A stretch of DNA of 40,058 bases from a virus (Duplodnaviria > Heunggongvirae > Uroviricota > Caudoviricetes): the IMG/VR virus record IMGVR_UViG_3300028456_000007; one strand, 5' to 3'. The notes under the pieces are model-generated. The model was given only the letters and a program-made list of their open reading frames with translations. It was not told where the DNA came from and did no database searches. Below are positions 1 to 8,246 of the stretch, one piece after another. A program made the position numbers and the translations under genes. Positions within the stretch are counted from its first letter, which is position 1. Each line of letters opens with the position of its first letter.

Positions 1-573
1 ATGTTTTGCGAAGAAAAAGTAGCTCAAATGGCTGCATACCTACTTCTTAAGAGAGGTGGGCGCATGGCATATCTGAAATTGATGAAGCTGCTCTATCTGT
101 CTAACCGCCAGTCGATTTTGAAGCATGGCAGGATGATCGGCGAAGATAGCCTTTACTCTATGAAATTTGGACCAGTCATGTCGAATACGCTGAACTTGAT
201 TCGCGGTAAGGCTGAAGGCATTGGTGACTACTGGTACAACTTGATAGAGACGAACGGGCATAATGTATCGTTGCGTTCAGATCCGAGGGAAATGGATGCA
301 GACGAGGTCTTTGATGAATTGAGTCGTGCAGATATCCGGATTTTAGATGAAATCTATTCTCGGTATGGGCATATGAACCGATTTGATCTCGCAAATATGA
401 CGCATTTAGAAAGCGTTTGTCCAGAGTGGCACGATCCTGGCAATTCTCGTAAGCCTATAGACCTGAAAGAAATGCTGATCAGTGAGGGTAAAAGCGAGGA
501 TGAGGCTAATCGCATAATTGGCAAAATGGAAGAATCTCAGAAACTTAAGGAATTTTCTTTGCAATTATCATGA
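1..573 (+). CDS. Panacea/DUF4065-domain protein (SocA/PanA-like putative antitoxin); possibly 5'-partial at window edge
   Basis: ORF begins at window position 1; segment AYLLLKRGG-RMAYLKLMKLLYLS resembles the conserved N-terminal core of DUF4065/Panacea proteins as recalled; stop overlaps next start (ATGA at 570-573). Confidence 0.5.
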   Translation: MFCEEKVAQMAAYLLLKRGGRMAYLKLMKLLYLSNRQSILKHGRMIGEDSLYSMKFGPVMSNTLNLIRGKAEGIGDYWYNLIETNGHNVSLRSDPREMDADEVFDELSRADIRILDEIYSRYGHMNRFDLANMTHLESVCPEWHDPGNSRKPIDLKEMLISEGKSEDEANRIIGKMEESQKLKEFSLQLS

Positions 574-989
574 CGGATTATCAGCCATACAGGAAAGGAA
601 CTGTGCTTGCCCCAACTGGACCATGCAATCATCTTCATGTGATTTGTAATGATCCTGTTTATTACCCCGTTAACGATTGTTATTGTGTTTTAGTTGTTAA
701 TATTTCTAGTATCAAGGATGGTGTCCCCCACGATCCGTCTTGCGTCTTGAATTCCGGTGATCATCGCTTTATCAAGCATCCAAGTTATGTTGTTTACGCT
801 GAAGCTATAATTTGGCGAGTGGATAACATGGTTAGAAAGCAGCGATCGGGTGAGATTTCTGTTCATGATGATATGCCAGAAGCTACATTCAATAGAATTC
901 TGGACGGTTTTGATATATCTGATGAAGTTACGCCAAAGAACCTTAAATTTAAAAATAAATATTGCGTATCATCTATTGATGATGAGTAA
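570..989 (+). CDS. hypothetical 139-aa protein translationally coupled to the Panacea-domain gene (candidate toxin/effector partner)
   Basis: 4-bp ATGA start/stop overlap with upstream gene; Cys/His-rich; no family recognised. Confidence 0.45.
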   Translation: MTDYQPYRKGTVLAPTGPCNHLHVICNDPVYYPVNDCYCVLVVNISSIKDGVPHDPSCVLNSGDHRFIKHPSYVVYAEAIIWRVDNMVRKQRSGEISVHDDMPEATFNRILDGFDISDEVTPKNLKFKNKYCVSSIDDE

Positions 990-1028
990 ACAACAGGAAT
1001 TGTTTCGGTATAGCTTCTGGAGTTTTCT

Positions 1029-1202
1029 ATGGAAGATCAAAAAGCAACCAAGCCACAGCTTAAGTTCGACACAATGAAAGCATTCGCAGGTATGGGTGCT
1101 GCTGTTGAAGTTCTGATGAAGGCTGCTCCTAATGCGTTCACTCACGTTACTGTCTCTGGTAAAGAGCAGCAGGGTAAGCTTCGTCGTCGCAAAGCAGTAT
1201 GA
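1029..1202 (+). CDS. small hypothetical protein (57 aa), below ORF-track length cutoff
   Basis: ATG 1029 preceded by GGAG at 1019-1022; 57 sense codons to TGA 1200-1202; basic C-terminus (KLRRRKAV). Confidence 0.3.
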   Translation: MEDQKATKPQLKFDTMKAFAGMGAAVEVLMKAAPNAFTHVTVSGKEQQGKLRRRKAV

Positions 1203-1340
1203 TTCATAGGTGGTGATTTTTTTAAAATGTCTTTAGACATAATGTCGTTCACTTAAGTGTGATGGTACTGCGTTTCACCAGATAATGGTTTTTTGATATC
1301 TTAATTTCCCTCGCTGGGAGGGTAAATACAGGTAGCATGA

Positions 1341-2375
1341 ATGCCACTAAAAGCGTCACTTAACGGAAAAGAAATTCATTCTTTTGAATTTAACTCTCAG
1401 GAATGGGAATATCTTAAACAGACATATAAAAGCCAGTCTTTGTTTATGTCGTGCTGTGGTCAGCCTGGTATACCTAAAACAAGCAAACTTAATAACTATT
1501 ACTTTGCACATAAATCCAAAAGCGATTGCCTGTATGCGAAAGAAAGCGCAGAACATTTATATCTCAAATTCTTAATCGCAAAATTAGCCAGTGATGCTGG
1601 CTGGTCAGTTACTACCGAAAAACAAGGGGCGACCCCAGCAGGAGAACAATGGATTGCCGATGTGTTTTGTACCAGAAATAACGCGAAACTGGTTTTCGAA
1701 GTACAGTTATCACCGCAAAAAGACGATGAATTTAAAGAACGTCAAAAACGATATATCGCATCAGGAGTCCGTGCACTGTGGTTGCGAAAGTTACGTAAAG
1801 GAAGTAAAGAGCATGGTGGGAATATATACCATAGCTACGATTTACCTGTTTTTGGTGTGCGTCAGAATGAAAATGGGGACTTGTATCTACCACAGTTTGG
1901 GATTAGTGTCAGGGAGTTTATCGCGGGTGTTTTTGCCAGAAAGCTATTATGGTTCCCAAAGGTTGGGGATGTGCTGACTGCAAAAATAGAATCGCGAGTT
2001 ACAAAATGCTGGAGATGTAAGAAACGAACTGGAATTATCAGAGGTATTTCTGTTTACAGTAAGTCCGTATTCGTCAAGTTTTTATCTTTTCGTGATTCTG
2101 ATGTCAAAGAACTAATAGCCACTCACGTGGATAACAAAAAACTCTGGGCGGCTGGAATTGGTACTGTTAAGGACAGAGACAGTGATTGTTATTTATCTAA
2201 CTGTTGCATACATTGTTATTCGATTATAGGAGATTTCTTTTTATTAGAGGTTTTCGACTATCCGAATGATAAACAAAAGATAATGATAGAATTTACTTTT
2301 AATTATGCTAGCAATATGAAAATCTTATCCAGCGAGTGGGTATTTGATGGTAAAAAAGCTGAAATATTTTTCTGA
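1341..2375 (+). CDS. CoiA-like family protein (predicted PD-(D/E)xK-type nuclease with Cys clusters)
   Basis: 344-aa ORF; CC..YYFAH motif followed by ESAEH..K..E..QWIADV..FEVQLS resembles competence protein CoiA family; extra CWRC...NCCIHC cluster; GGGAGGG SD upstream; clearly AT-rich versus rest of window. Confidence 0.55.
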   Translation: MPLKASLNGKEIHSFEFNSQEWEYLKQTYKSQSLFMSCCGQPGIPKTSKLNNYYFAHKSKSDCLYAKESAEHLYLKFLIAKLASDAGWSVTTEKQGATPAGEQWIADVFCTRNNAKLVFEVQLSPQKDDEFKERQKRYIASGVRALWLRKLRKGSKEHGGNIYHSYDLPVFGVRQNENGDLYLPQFGISVREFIAGVFARKLLWFPKVGDVLTAKIESRVTKCWRCKKRTGIIRGISVYSKSVFVKFLSFRDSDVKELIATHVDNKKLWAAGIGTVKDRDSDCYLSNCCIHCYSIIGDFFLLEVFDYPNDKQKIMIEFTFNYASNMKILSSEWVFDGKKAEIFF

Positions 2376-2535
2376 TGCTGTCTTATCCTCGTTGCCATCC
2401 CGAAATGACAGGAACATCTGTGGGATGTTCTGGGTATTGTGTTCATAACAAAATGCCCCCAACTATCAGAGCCGAGGGAAATTAAGATATCAAAATAACA
2501 TTATCTGGTGAAATGCAGAGCAGCTCATCTTAAGT

Positions 2536-2562
2536 GAACGGCATTGGCCTTTATGCGTTTTT
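2536..2562 (+). terminator. weak candidate terminator downstream of CoiA-like gene
   Basis: short stem GCAT..ATGC followed by T8 run (2555-2562). Confidence 0.25.
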
Positions 2563-2567
2563 TTTCT

Positions 2568-2849
2568 TTAGTGATGTTCTTTGCTCTTCTGTTTGTCTGT
2601 TCTGACCCGTTCCCACTCGATACGTCCTTCTTCTCGTCTTTTATCTATGTATTCCGCAAGATCCTGAATATTGATGCAACGTTTTGCTTTTTGTGATGTG
2701 CCAATGCGATATGTAGGAACAGGCAACTTACAAGCGTTTGCTTTTGCTTCTGCTGTGGCTGGACTCATACCAAAGTACTTTTGGCTAACTGCTGAGAGTT
2801 CAATGTTTGAGGTATTGAATTCAGCCATCAGTAAAAACAAGGTGTTCAT
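2568..2849 (-). CDS. PrtN/excisionase-like small DNA-binding protein (putative recombination directionality factor)
   Basis: ORF 2568..2876; likely start MNTLFLLMAEF at ATG 2849-2847 with GGAGAA SD; sequence pattern resembles PrtN-family excisionase-like prophage proteins; sits at prophage end opposite to int. Confidence 0.5.
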   Translation of the reverse strand: MNTLFLLMAEFNTSNIELSAVSQKYFGMSPATAEAKANACKLPVPTYRIGTSQKAKRCINIQDLAEYIDKRREEGRIEWERVRTDKQKSKEHH

Positions 2850-2885
2850 AATTTTCTCCATCAAAACCGGCTGCACCCGGAAAAA

Positions 2886-3170
2886 TCATAATTCTGTGCT
2901 GGTGGCAGGAATTAATTTCTGCCAGATAGCTGAAACATATTTTGCCTGATGACGAGCATCAGCCAGGGCGTTGTGCCGTTCGCCATCGAAAGGCATGTCC
3001 ATTTTGGGGTCGAATCCGATGGAACGCCCAAGCGTAACGATCGTGCGTACATCGTGATCATTCCAGTACGCCCATGGGCAGATTTGTCCTGCTCGTTCAT
3101 AAGCTCCGCGTAAAATTACGTTGTCGAAGGTGGCCCCGTTACCCCAAACTTTTAAATATTTCGAAAACAT
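2886..3170 (-). pseudogene. DEDD-type 3'-5' exonuclease, C-terminal fragment only
   Basis: Exo II-like WGNGATFD and Exo III-like HNALADARHQA motifs present but no Exo I region; ORF starts immediately after stop of upstream HD gene. Confidence 0.4.
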
Positions 3171-3707
3171 TCATGCGCATTTGCGTAACTCCGATAACTC
3201 GTTAAAACGTTCCATAAACATCCCGTAGGCATGGCCTGGTGACAGTGGAATAACTTTGAACATCTCTGTTGCCGGGATGCCTTCCAGTACAGGCCAGAAA
3301 GAGCCATCATCAAGCCCGAGATCGCGGCGTTCGGTTGCCAGCATAATAAGATCGGCATATTTCACTGGCGTGCTCATAACAGGAGGTAACCCGTATTTCT
3401 CACGGATTACGGCGTCTATTTTTTCTTCCATCCGTTTATAGTCAGGAAGAAGTCGTTTCAGTGGCGCGGGGATGTCCTGGCAATATGCTTCTGTTGCATC
3501 ATGCATTAACGCTTCAAAAGCAAATTCCTGCGGCACCAGCTGGCTGCAAAGCACCGCATGCTGGGCGACACTGTAGAAGTGTGAAAGATGTCCTGCAAAG
3601 CGACAGATATTTGAAAGGGAAACTGCGATATCGTTAATCACGATGTCGTCTTTATTTATCCTGTCATAATAAAAATGCTTCCCGGAAAAAGTTTTAATAA
3701 ATGACAT
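3171..3707 (-). CDS. HD-domain phosphohydrolase (YfdR-like prophage 5'-nucleotidase family)
   Basis: H...HD motif (FAGH ... MHDATEAY); probable start MSFIKTF at ATG 3707-3705 with GGAGAA SD, giving 178 aa (ORF track start 3734). Confidence 0.6.
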   Translation of the reverse strand: MSFIKTFSGKHFYYDRINKDDIVINDIAVSLSNICRFAGHLSHFYSVAQHAVLCSQLVPQEFAFEALMHDATEAYCQDIPAPLKRLLPDYKRMEEKIDAVIREKYGLPPVMSTPVKYADLIMLATERRDLGLDDGSFWPVLEGIPATEMFKVIPLSPGHAYGMFMERFNELSELRKCA

Positions 3708-3834
3708 TTTGTTCTCCACGTATATGCGCTGCACCGCGCTGAATTCTGGTAAAAGGAAGCCCTCACCATCCGGTGATTATTGAGTTAATTACGTTTCCAT
3801 AAATGCCCCCGCAGAGGCATTTGCAGTAATGAAA

Positions 3835-4659
3835 TCAGGCGGTGAAAGTACCAATAAAGGTTTCTACTTTGCTGTCTTTGAATTTCTCAACAAGCAGATC
3901 ACGAAATTCGTTAGCCATTTCTTCCTGCACCGCTTCCAGCTGAATAATGCGCAGAACCAGTACAGGACGATCGCCAGTGATAATGCTGAGGCGTAATTTA
4001 AACGGACGTTCTTTCAGACCTTCAAACGGAACGCATTTAAATTCAAATGCCACTGGCATAATGTCTTTGGTCTTCGCTTCGACAGACTCCATCAGGGAGC
4101 GTTTGCCGCTGAAGTCATTATCTTCAAAATCAGCGGTCTGGTTTGCTTCAATCGTGATTTTACGGACTGCCGCAGCCGCTTTGGTTGCCTGAATGGTGTC
4201 ACCATTAGCATCAAAGCCCACAAGGTAGTCGGCCCAGTCTTCAATCCATTCTGCCAGTGACTTCTGGGAGTTACGCTCGCCATTAACAGACAACAGAGCA
4301 GAAAACGGTGCTGTCTTTTTCAGTTTGAGAGTGGCGGTGTTATCTGCGTGACCTGGTTCATCAATAGTACCCAGGTTAAGCACACTGACGGCTCGCATAT
4401 TATCGGCATCGATAAAGCAGCGGGTGCCTTCATCTGCAAGATCTTTAGAATAACGGGTAAAGTCATCGATGCAGGCAGTGGAAAGCGCACCACGGAAACG
4501 GAAGCGATTTAAATTAAATTTTTCCAGATCATGAATGCGGAAATTCTCAGGCAATGCCACAGCATCGGCACCAATCTTACTGATAATTTCATTAACACCC
4601 TGAGCAGAAATAAGGGCATGGATTTGATTAATTGCGGTTGCGTCTAAGTTCTGAGACAT
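3835..4659 (-). CDS. prophage early-region protein, YfdQ-like (DUF2303-type)
   Basis: 274-aa ORF; recalled resemblance to CPS-53/KpLE1 YfdQ family; unverified. Confidence 0.5.
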   Translation of the reverse strand: MSQNLDATAINQIHALISAQGVNEIISKIGADAVALPENFRIHDLEKFNLNRFRFRGALSTACIDDFTRYSKDLADEGTRCFIDADNMRAVSVLNLGTIDEPGHADNTATLKLKKTAPFSALLSVNGERNSQKSLAEWIEDWADYLVGFDANGDTIQATKAAAAVRKITIEANQTADFEDNDFSGKRSLMESVEAKTKDIMPVAFEFKCVPFEGLKERPFKLRLSIITGDRPVLVLRIIQLEAVQEEMANEFRDLLVEKFKDSKVETFIGTFTA

Positions 4660-4724
4660 AATAAGTCCTCACTATATTAAGATATTCAGTGATGAGATAA
4701 ATAATCAGTTAATTAAGAACGATA

Positions 4725-5087
4725 TTAATGACCTGCTGCGCGGAGTTTTCCGTCAGGTTCACCGGCAAGAGTCAGTAATTGTCCCTGGTCTTCCTGCAGA
4801 ATAGTCAGGCGACCACCGCGATTGACATACATCGGCGTTTCGGTGGTGTCTTCTTCGGAAATTTTCCCGCGGTTAGTTGGGCGAACATATGAGAGTTTGT
4901 GTTTGATTTTCACACGGTTCTCATCAAACGGTTCGATTTCCAGATTGAGTGAGACCTTCCCTTTGGTTTTCGTGTTCATCACACCGGAAGCGACTTCACT
5001 GAGAACTGCGCCAATTTTGGTTTCAAATACGCCGCCGTCCAGCTCCCCGATAAATGCCTGCACATCAGTACTGCGTTCGCTAGCCAT
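4725..5087 (-). CDS. hypothetical early-left protein (YfdP-like), first gene downstream of pL
   Basis: ORF track 4725..5273, but GAGGAG SD precedes internal ATG 5087-5085 (MASERSTD...), giving 120 aa; upstream extension overlaps operators. Confidence 0.5.
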   Translation of the reverse strand: MASERSTDVQAFIGELDGGVFETKIGAVLSEVASGVMNTKTKGKVSLNLEIEPFDENRVKIKHKLSYVRPTNRGKISEEDTTETPMYVNRGGRLTILQEDQGQLLTLAGEPDGKLRAAGH

Positions 5088-5428
5088 TTTGCTGCTCCTC
5101 ATCATATCGACCCTGCAAGGTCGGTTGGTTTCTCCACAAAACAGAGAAGAACACCTGCGGTGGCAGCCGCCCGGATGGATTGGGTTATGAGCCCGTCGTC
5201 CGGTGATGCTCTTCTCTGTTTTGTAAAAAGAGCGGTACCAGCCGGAAGCAAGTGTACAAACTGGTACCGCCAAAGCAGTGGCTGTTGTGGTGACCGGTGC
5301 TGATCTCCGGCTTGCGGTTATTTCAGACTCTCACGGGCGTTTAATTGCCCCGCCGAACAGCTCTTTTCCGCAATAGCTGCAATGTCTTTCGCGCATCAGC
5401 CTGCGCCTTCACCACAACTCTAAAAACA

Positions 5429-5482
5429 AATGTAGGATATCCAACATGTGGGTGTCAAGAGTTTATGTTGGTTATCCTACAT
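5429..5482 (-). promoter_or_regulatory. pL-like promoter with two operator sites (OL)
   Basis: reverse-strand TTGACA (5458..5453) - 18 bp - TACATT (5434..5429); operators ATGTAGGATATCCAACAT (5430..5447) and ATGTTGGTTATCCTACAT (5465..5482). Confidence 0.5.
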
Positions 5483-5504
5483 AAAAAGATAGGCTCATAA
5501 AAAA

Positions 5505-5523
5505 AACCGGGGATACCCCGGTT
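5505..5523 (-). terminator. rho-independent terminator downstream of repressor gene (bidirectional)
   Basis: 8-bp stem AACCGGGG/CCCCGGTT with 3-nt loop; A8 run upstream and T-run downstream on forward strand (U-run on reverse). Confidence 0.6.
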
Positions 5524-5545
5524 TTGCGATAGTGAGGAAGATGTG

Positions 5546-6199
5546 TCAAAAATCCATTATTACTTGTTTGACAAGACCAACTATTCTGCAGTTCTCACCG
5601 CATTCAATAGTTTTATAGTTAGGATTTAGTGGGACGAGATACCTGTTCGGCCAGTCCTCAACAAATTTTTTGAGTGTCGCTTCTTGCCCACCATTGATAT
5701 GGGCAACAACGATTTTTCCGTTAATACACTCTGTATCAATAATATCTGGCTCTACGATAACGATAGAACCTTCTGGTATCGATGGTGAGCCGAGGGGATT
5801 GGTCATTGAATCACCACGGACCCGTAGTGCAAATGCCATTTCTGATACAAGGGCGGTAGTATAAACCCACTCTTCAGCATCTTCTTTCCTGACACCAGGC
5901 TCCGTCATTGTCCATGAACCCGCCTGAACCCACGAGATGAGGGGGACTTTTTTAACTGCGAATATTTCAGGTTTTAGATTTATCTTTGGTTCAGGCGAGC
6001 CTTTTCCGCTAACAAGCCACAGAGGATCGCATTTAAGTGCGTTGGCTAGGGCTTGAAGGTTGGCTCCATTTGGTTGGTAGTCGTCCTTTTCCCATCCAGT
6101 AACCGTGACACGGTTCACACCAGTCAAATCAGCCAGTGCTTGTTGTGTCAGGTTCAGTTCTTTTCGCCTTTGGCGAATACGATCACTCATGTTCATCAT
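5546..6199 (-). CDS. CI-like phage repressor (N-terminal HTH, C-terminal LexA/S24 peptidase-like autocleavage domain)
   Basis: HTH segment LTQQALADLTGVNRVTVTGWE; C-terminal VRGDSM ... KIVVAHINGGQEATLKKF typical of S24 family; start ambiguous among ATGs 6199/6196/6190 (ORF track 6223). Confidence 0.85.
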   Translation of the reverse strand: MMNMSDRIRQRRKELNLTQQALADLTGVNRVTVTGWEKDDYQPNGANLQALANALKCDPLWLVSGKGSPEPKINLKPEIFAVKKVPLISWVQAGSWTMTEPGVRKEDAEEWVYTTALVSEMAFALRVRGDSMTNPLGSPSIPEGSIVIVEPDIIDTECINGKIVVAHINGGQEATLKKFVEDWPNRYLVPLNPNYKTIECGENCRIVGLVKQVIMDF

Positions 6200-6263
6200 G
6201 TAGGCAATCCTACCACATGCCAATGTAGGATTCTTGACATTGACATGTTGGATATCCTACATT
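6198..6263 (+). promoter_or_regulatory. OR operator cluster with PR-like promoter
   Basis: three sites with palindromic core GT(A/T)GGATATCC(A/T)AC: 6200..6213, 6225..6238 (half-site), 6247..6260; TTGACA 6234..6239 - 18 bp - TACATT 6258..6263; cro ATG at 6295. Confidence 0.55.
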
Positions 6264-6294
6264 TCTGCTTAACGTAATTTAACGGGAGACAGAA

Positions 6295-6492
6295 ATGCGG
6301 AAATCCGACGTGATTAATTATTTCGGCGGAGTTTGTAAAACCGCCGAAGCCCTAGGTATTAAGCATCCGTCTGTTTCAGAGTGGCCTGAGATTATTCCTG
6401 AAGGCCGAGCGTACCAGTTAGAAAAAATTACTAACGGGAAACTGAAAGTTGACGTGTCTTTATATCAAAAGACTAACAGTGCTGCGGCATAA
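6295..6492 (+). CDS. Cro-like small DNA-binding regulator
   Basis: 65-aa ORF divergent from repressor across operators; GGGAGA SD. Confidence 0.6.
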   Translation: MRKSDVINYFGGVCKTAEALGIKHPSVSEWPEIIPEGRAYQLEKITNGKLKVDVSLYQKTNSAAA

Positions 6493-6519
6493 AAACACCA
6501 CAGAAATGAGGAATTAACC

Positions 6520-7098
6520 GTGGGTAAAGAACCTGAATGGAAAGTTGATAAACAACCAGCATGGCTGGTGGCAGCAATACGAAGAACGATTGCTGATTTA
6601 CCTCATGGCTATGAGGAAGCAGCAGAAATTCTTGGTTTGTATAAATCTGATGATATCACCCCAGCAAAAGATCAATTGCATAACAGACTGCGTAGCGGTG
6701 GGGATCAAATTTTTCCACTTGAGTGGGCCATGGTTTTACAGGATGCCAGTGGTACCAGGCATGTAACAGATGCAATAGCCCGTCGTAGTAATGGGGTGTT
6801 TGTGCCGCTGGTGGTCATTGATGACATTGACAATGGTGACATTAATCAGCGGCTGATGGAGTCAATAGAATGGATTGGCAAGCATTCCCAGTACTTACGC
6901 AAGGCAACTGCTGATGGAGTTATTGACCAGGCTGAGCGTGAGCAAATCGAAGAGAACAGCTACCAAGTAATGGCGAAGTGGCAGGAGCATTTAACACTGT
7001 TATTTCGTGTTTTTTGTGCGCCGGAAAAGAGTAACGCCCGCGAGTGTGCAGCTCCGGGCGTCGTGGCGTTTTGTGTCTGTGGAGAAACTAACGCATGA
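6520..7098 (+). CDS. hypothetical early-right protein (possibly CII-like regulator)
   Basis: 192-aa ORF directly after cro; family assignment uncertain. Confidence 0.35.
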   Translation: MGKEPEWKVDKQPAWLVAAIRRTIADLPHGYEEAAEILGLYKSDDITPAKDQLHNRLRSGGDQIFPLEWAMVLQDASGTRHVTDAIARRSNGVFVPLVVIDDIDNGDINQRLMESIEWIGKHSQYLRKATADGVIDQAEREQIEENSYQVMAKWQEHLTLLFRVFCAPEKSNARECAAPGVVAFCVCGETNA

Positions 7099-8246
7099 AC
7101 AGTTTAACGGCAAATAACCGTTTGTCGCAACAGCTGGTGGTCAGCGTCGCTGAACACCTGTTGTTACGGCATGAATGCAGATTACCAAATCACCTGGCTG
7201 TAAGTAACCACAGAGAACTTTACCTGACTGTGGGGGGCGAGTTGTGCAGGAACTTAACCGCTGGTTTCGTGACGGAAGAGGGCTTTATGTCCATGTTATT
7301 CGTTGGGAGCCAGAAACACAGCGCGTTATCTATCTTCGCAAAGACTACCCGCATGAGTGCTTTAGTCCTTTGTGGAAATTCAGGCGTGATTTTGTTGAGT
7401 GTGAAGGACCACCAGCACATTGATTCTGCCATTCCGGGACGTTACACTGTTCAGGCACCTTATAAAGCGGGTGCCGGGCGTGGAAACCCGGAATTCACCA
7501 AAGCGCACAACCGCGCTCTTGCGGTTTTTTTGTGTCATGAGCAGCATTACGCCCAAATTATGGTGGGGCGTGCAGGGCCAACTTCGGTTGGGCCGGGTTC
7601 TTTGGTGACCGGTATTTCCACCCCTGTACGTCTCACCACCAATAAGGTCGTGGAAAGCCTTGGTGGTGAGTTATTTAAAATCACCAAAGAGGCTGCCATC
7701 ATGGCTACGATCCCAACCCTCACTCAACCTGAAATTGCCATCGTTGATGGTCAGGCTGTTACTTCATCCCTGGCTGTTGCCAACTTCTTCTCCAAACGTC
7801 ATGACGATGTACTGAAAAAGATCCGCACGCTTGAATGCTCCGCATCATTCACTGCCCGCAATTTTTCGGTGAGTGATTACACCGATTGCACAGGCCGCAA
7901 ACTACCTTGCTATCAAATAACCCGCGACGGCTTTGCGTTTCTTGCTATGGGTTTCACGGGTAAACGTGCTGCCCAGTTCAAAGAGGCATACATCAATGCC
8001 TTTAACCAGATGGAGAAACAGCTTTCAAGGCCCGCTGTACCGAGCGACGTTGCACATAACGCCAGCGTTCTCTGTTCCTACATTTCATCAATTCATCAGG
8101 TCTGGCTGCAGCAGCTTTATCCTATGTTGGCAAAAGCCGAATCTCCGCTGGCTGTTAGCTTATATGACTATATTAATGATGCTTCGGCGCTGGCCTGCCT
8201 CATAAATTTGTCGCTGAACCCTTCAGAGGTAAGGGGGCGCAAATGA
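7095..8246 (+). CDS. Rha-family phage regulatory protein (Rha-like domain in C-terminal half; alternative start ATG 7701)
   Basis: ATGA coupling to upstream gene at 7095; Rha-like segment IAIVDGQAVTSSLAVANFF...YQITRDGFAFLAMGFTGKRA; AAGAGG SD before ATG 7701; no in-frame stop between 7095 and 8246. Confidence 0.5.
   Translation: MNSLTANNRLSQQLVVSVAEHLLLRHECRLPNHLAVSNHRELYLTVGGELCRNLTAGFVTEEGFMSMLFVGSQKHSALSIFAKTTRMSALVLCGNSGVILLSVKDHQHIDSAIPGRYTVQAPYKAGAGRGNPEFTKAHNRALAVFLCHEQHYAQIMVGRAGPTSVGPGSLVTGISTPVRLTTNKVVESLGGELFKITKEAAIMATIPTLTQPEIAIVDGQAVTSSLAVANFFSKRHDDVLKKIRTLECSASFTARNFSVSDYTDCTGRKLPCYQITRDGFAFLAMGFTGKRAAQFKEAYINAFNQMEKQLSRPAVPSDVAHNASVLCSYISSIHQVWLQQLYPMLAKAESPLAVSLYDYINDASALACLINLSLNPSEVRGRK

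Noticed and set aside
1591-1977. 128-aa forward ORF in alternate frame
   Set aside because: Fully inside the CoiA-like gene, whose own frame carries the conserved motifs.
2376-2567. Possible attL in the gap between CoiA-like gene and excisionase-like gene
   Set aside because: Only a local inverted repeat (GAACATC..GATGTTC at 2412..2430) was seen, with no match to the dusA 5' region by eye; left as unresolved rather than called.
6520-7098. Assignment as a lambda CII ortholog
   Set aside because: Twice the length of lambda CII with no recognisable similarity; kept only as a possibly CII-like regulator at low confidence.
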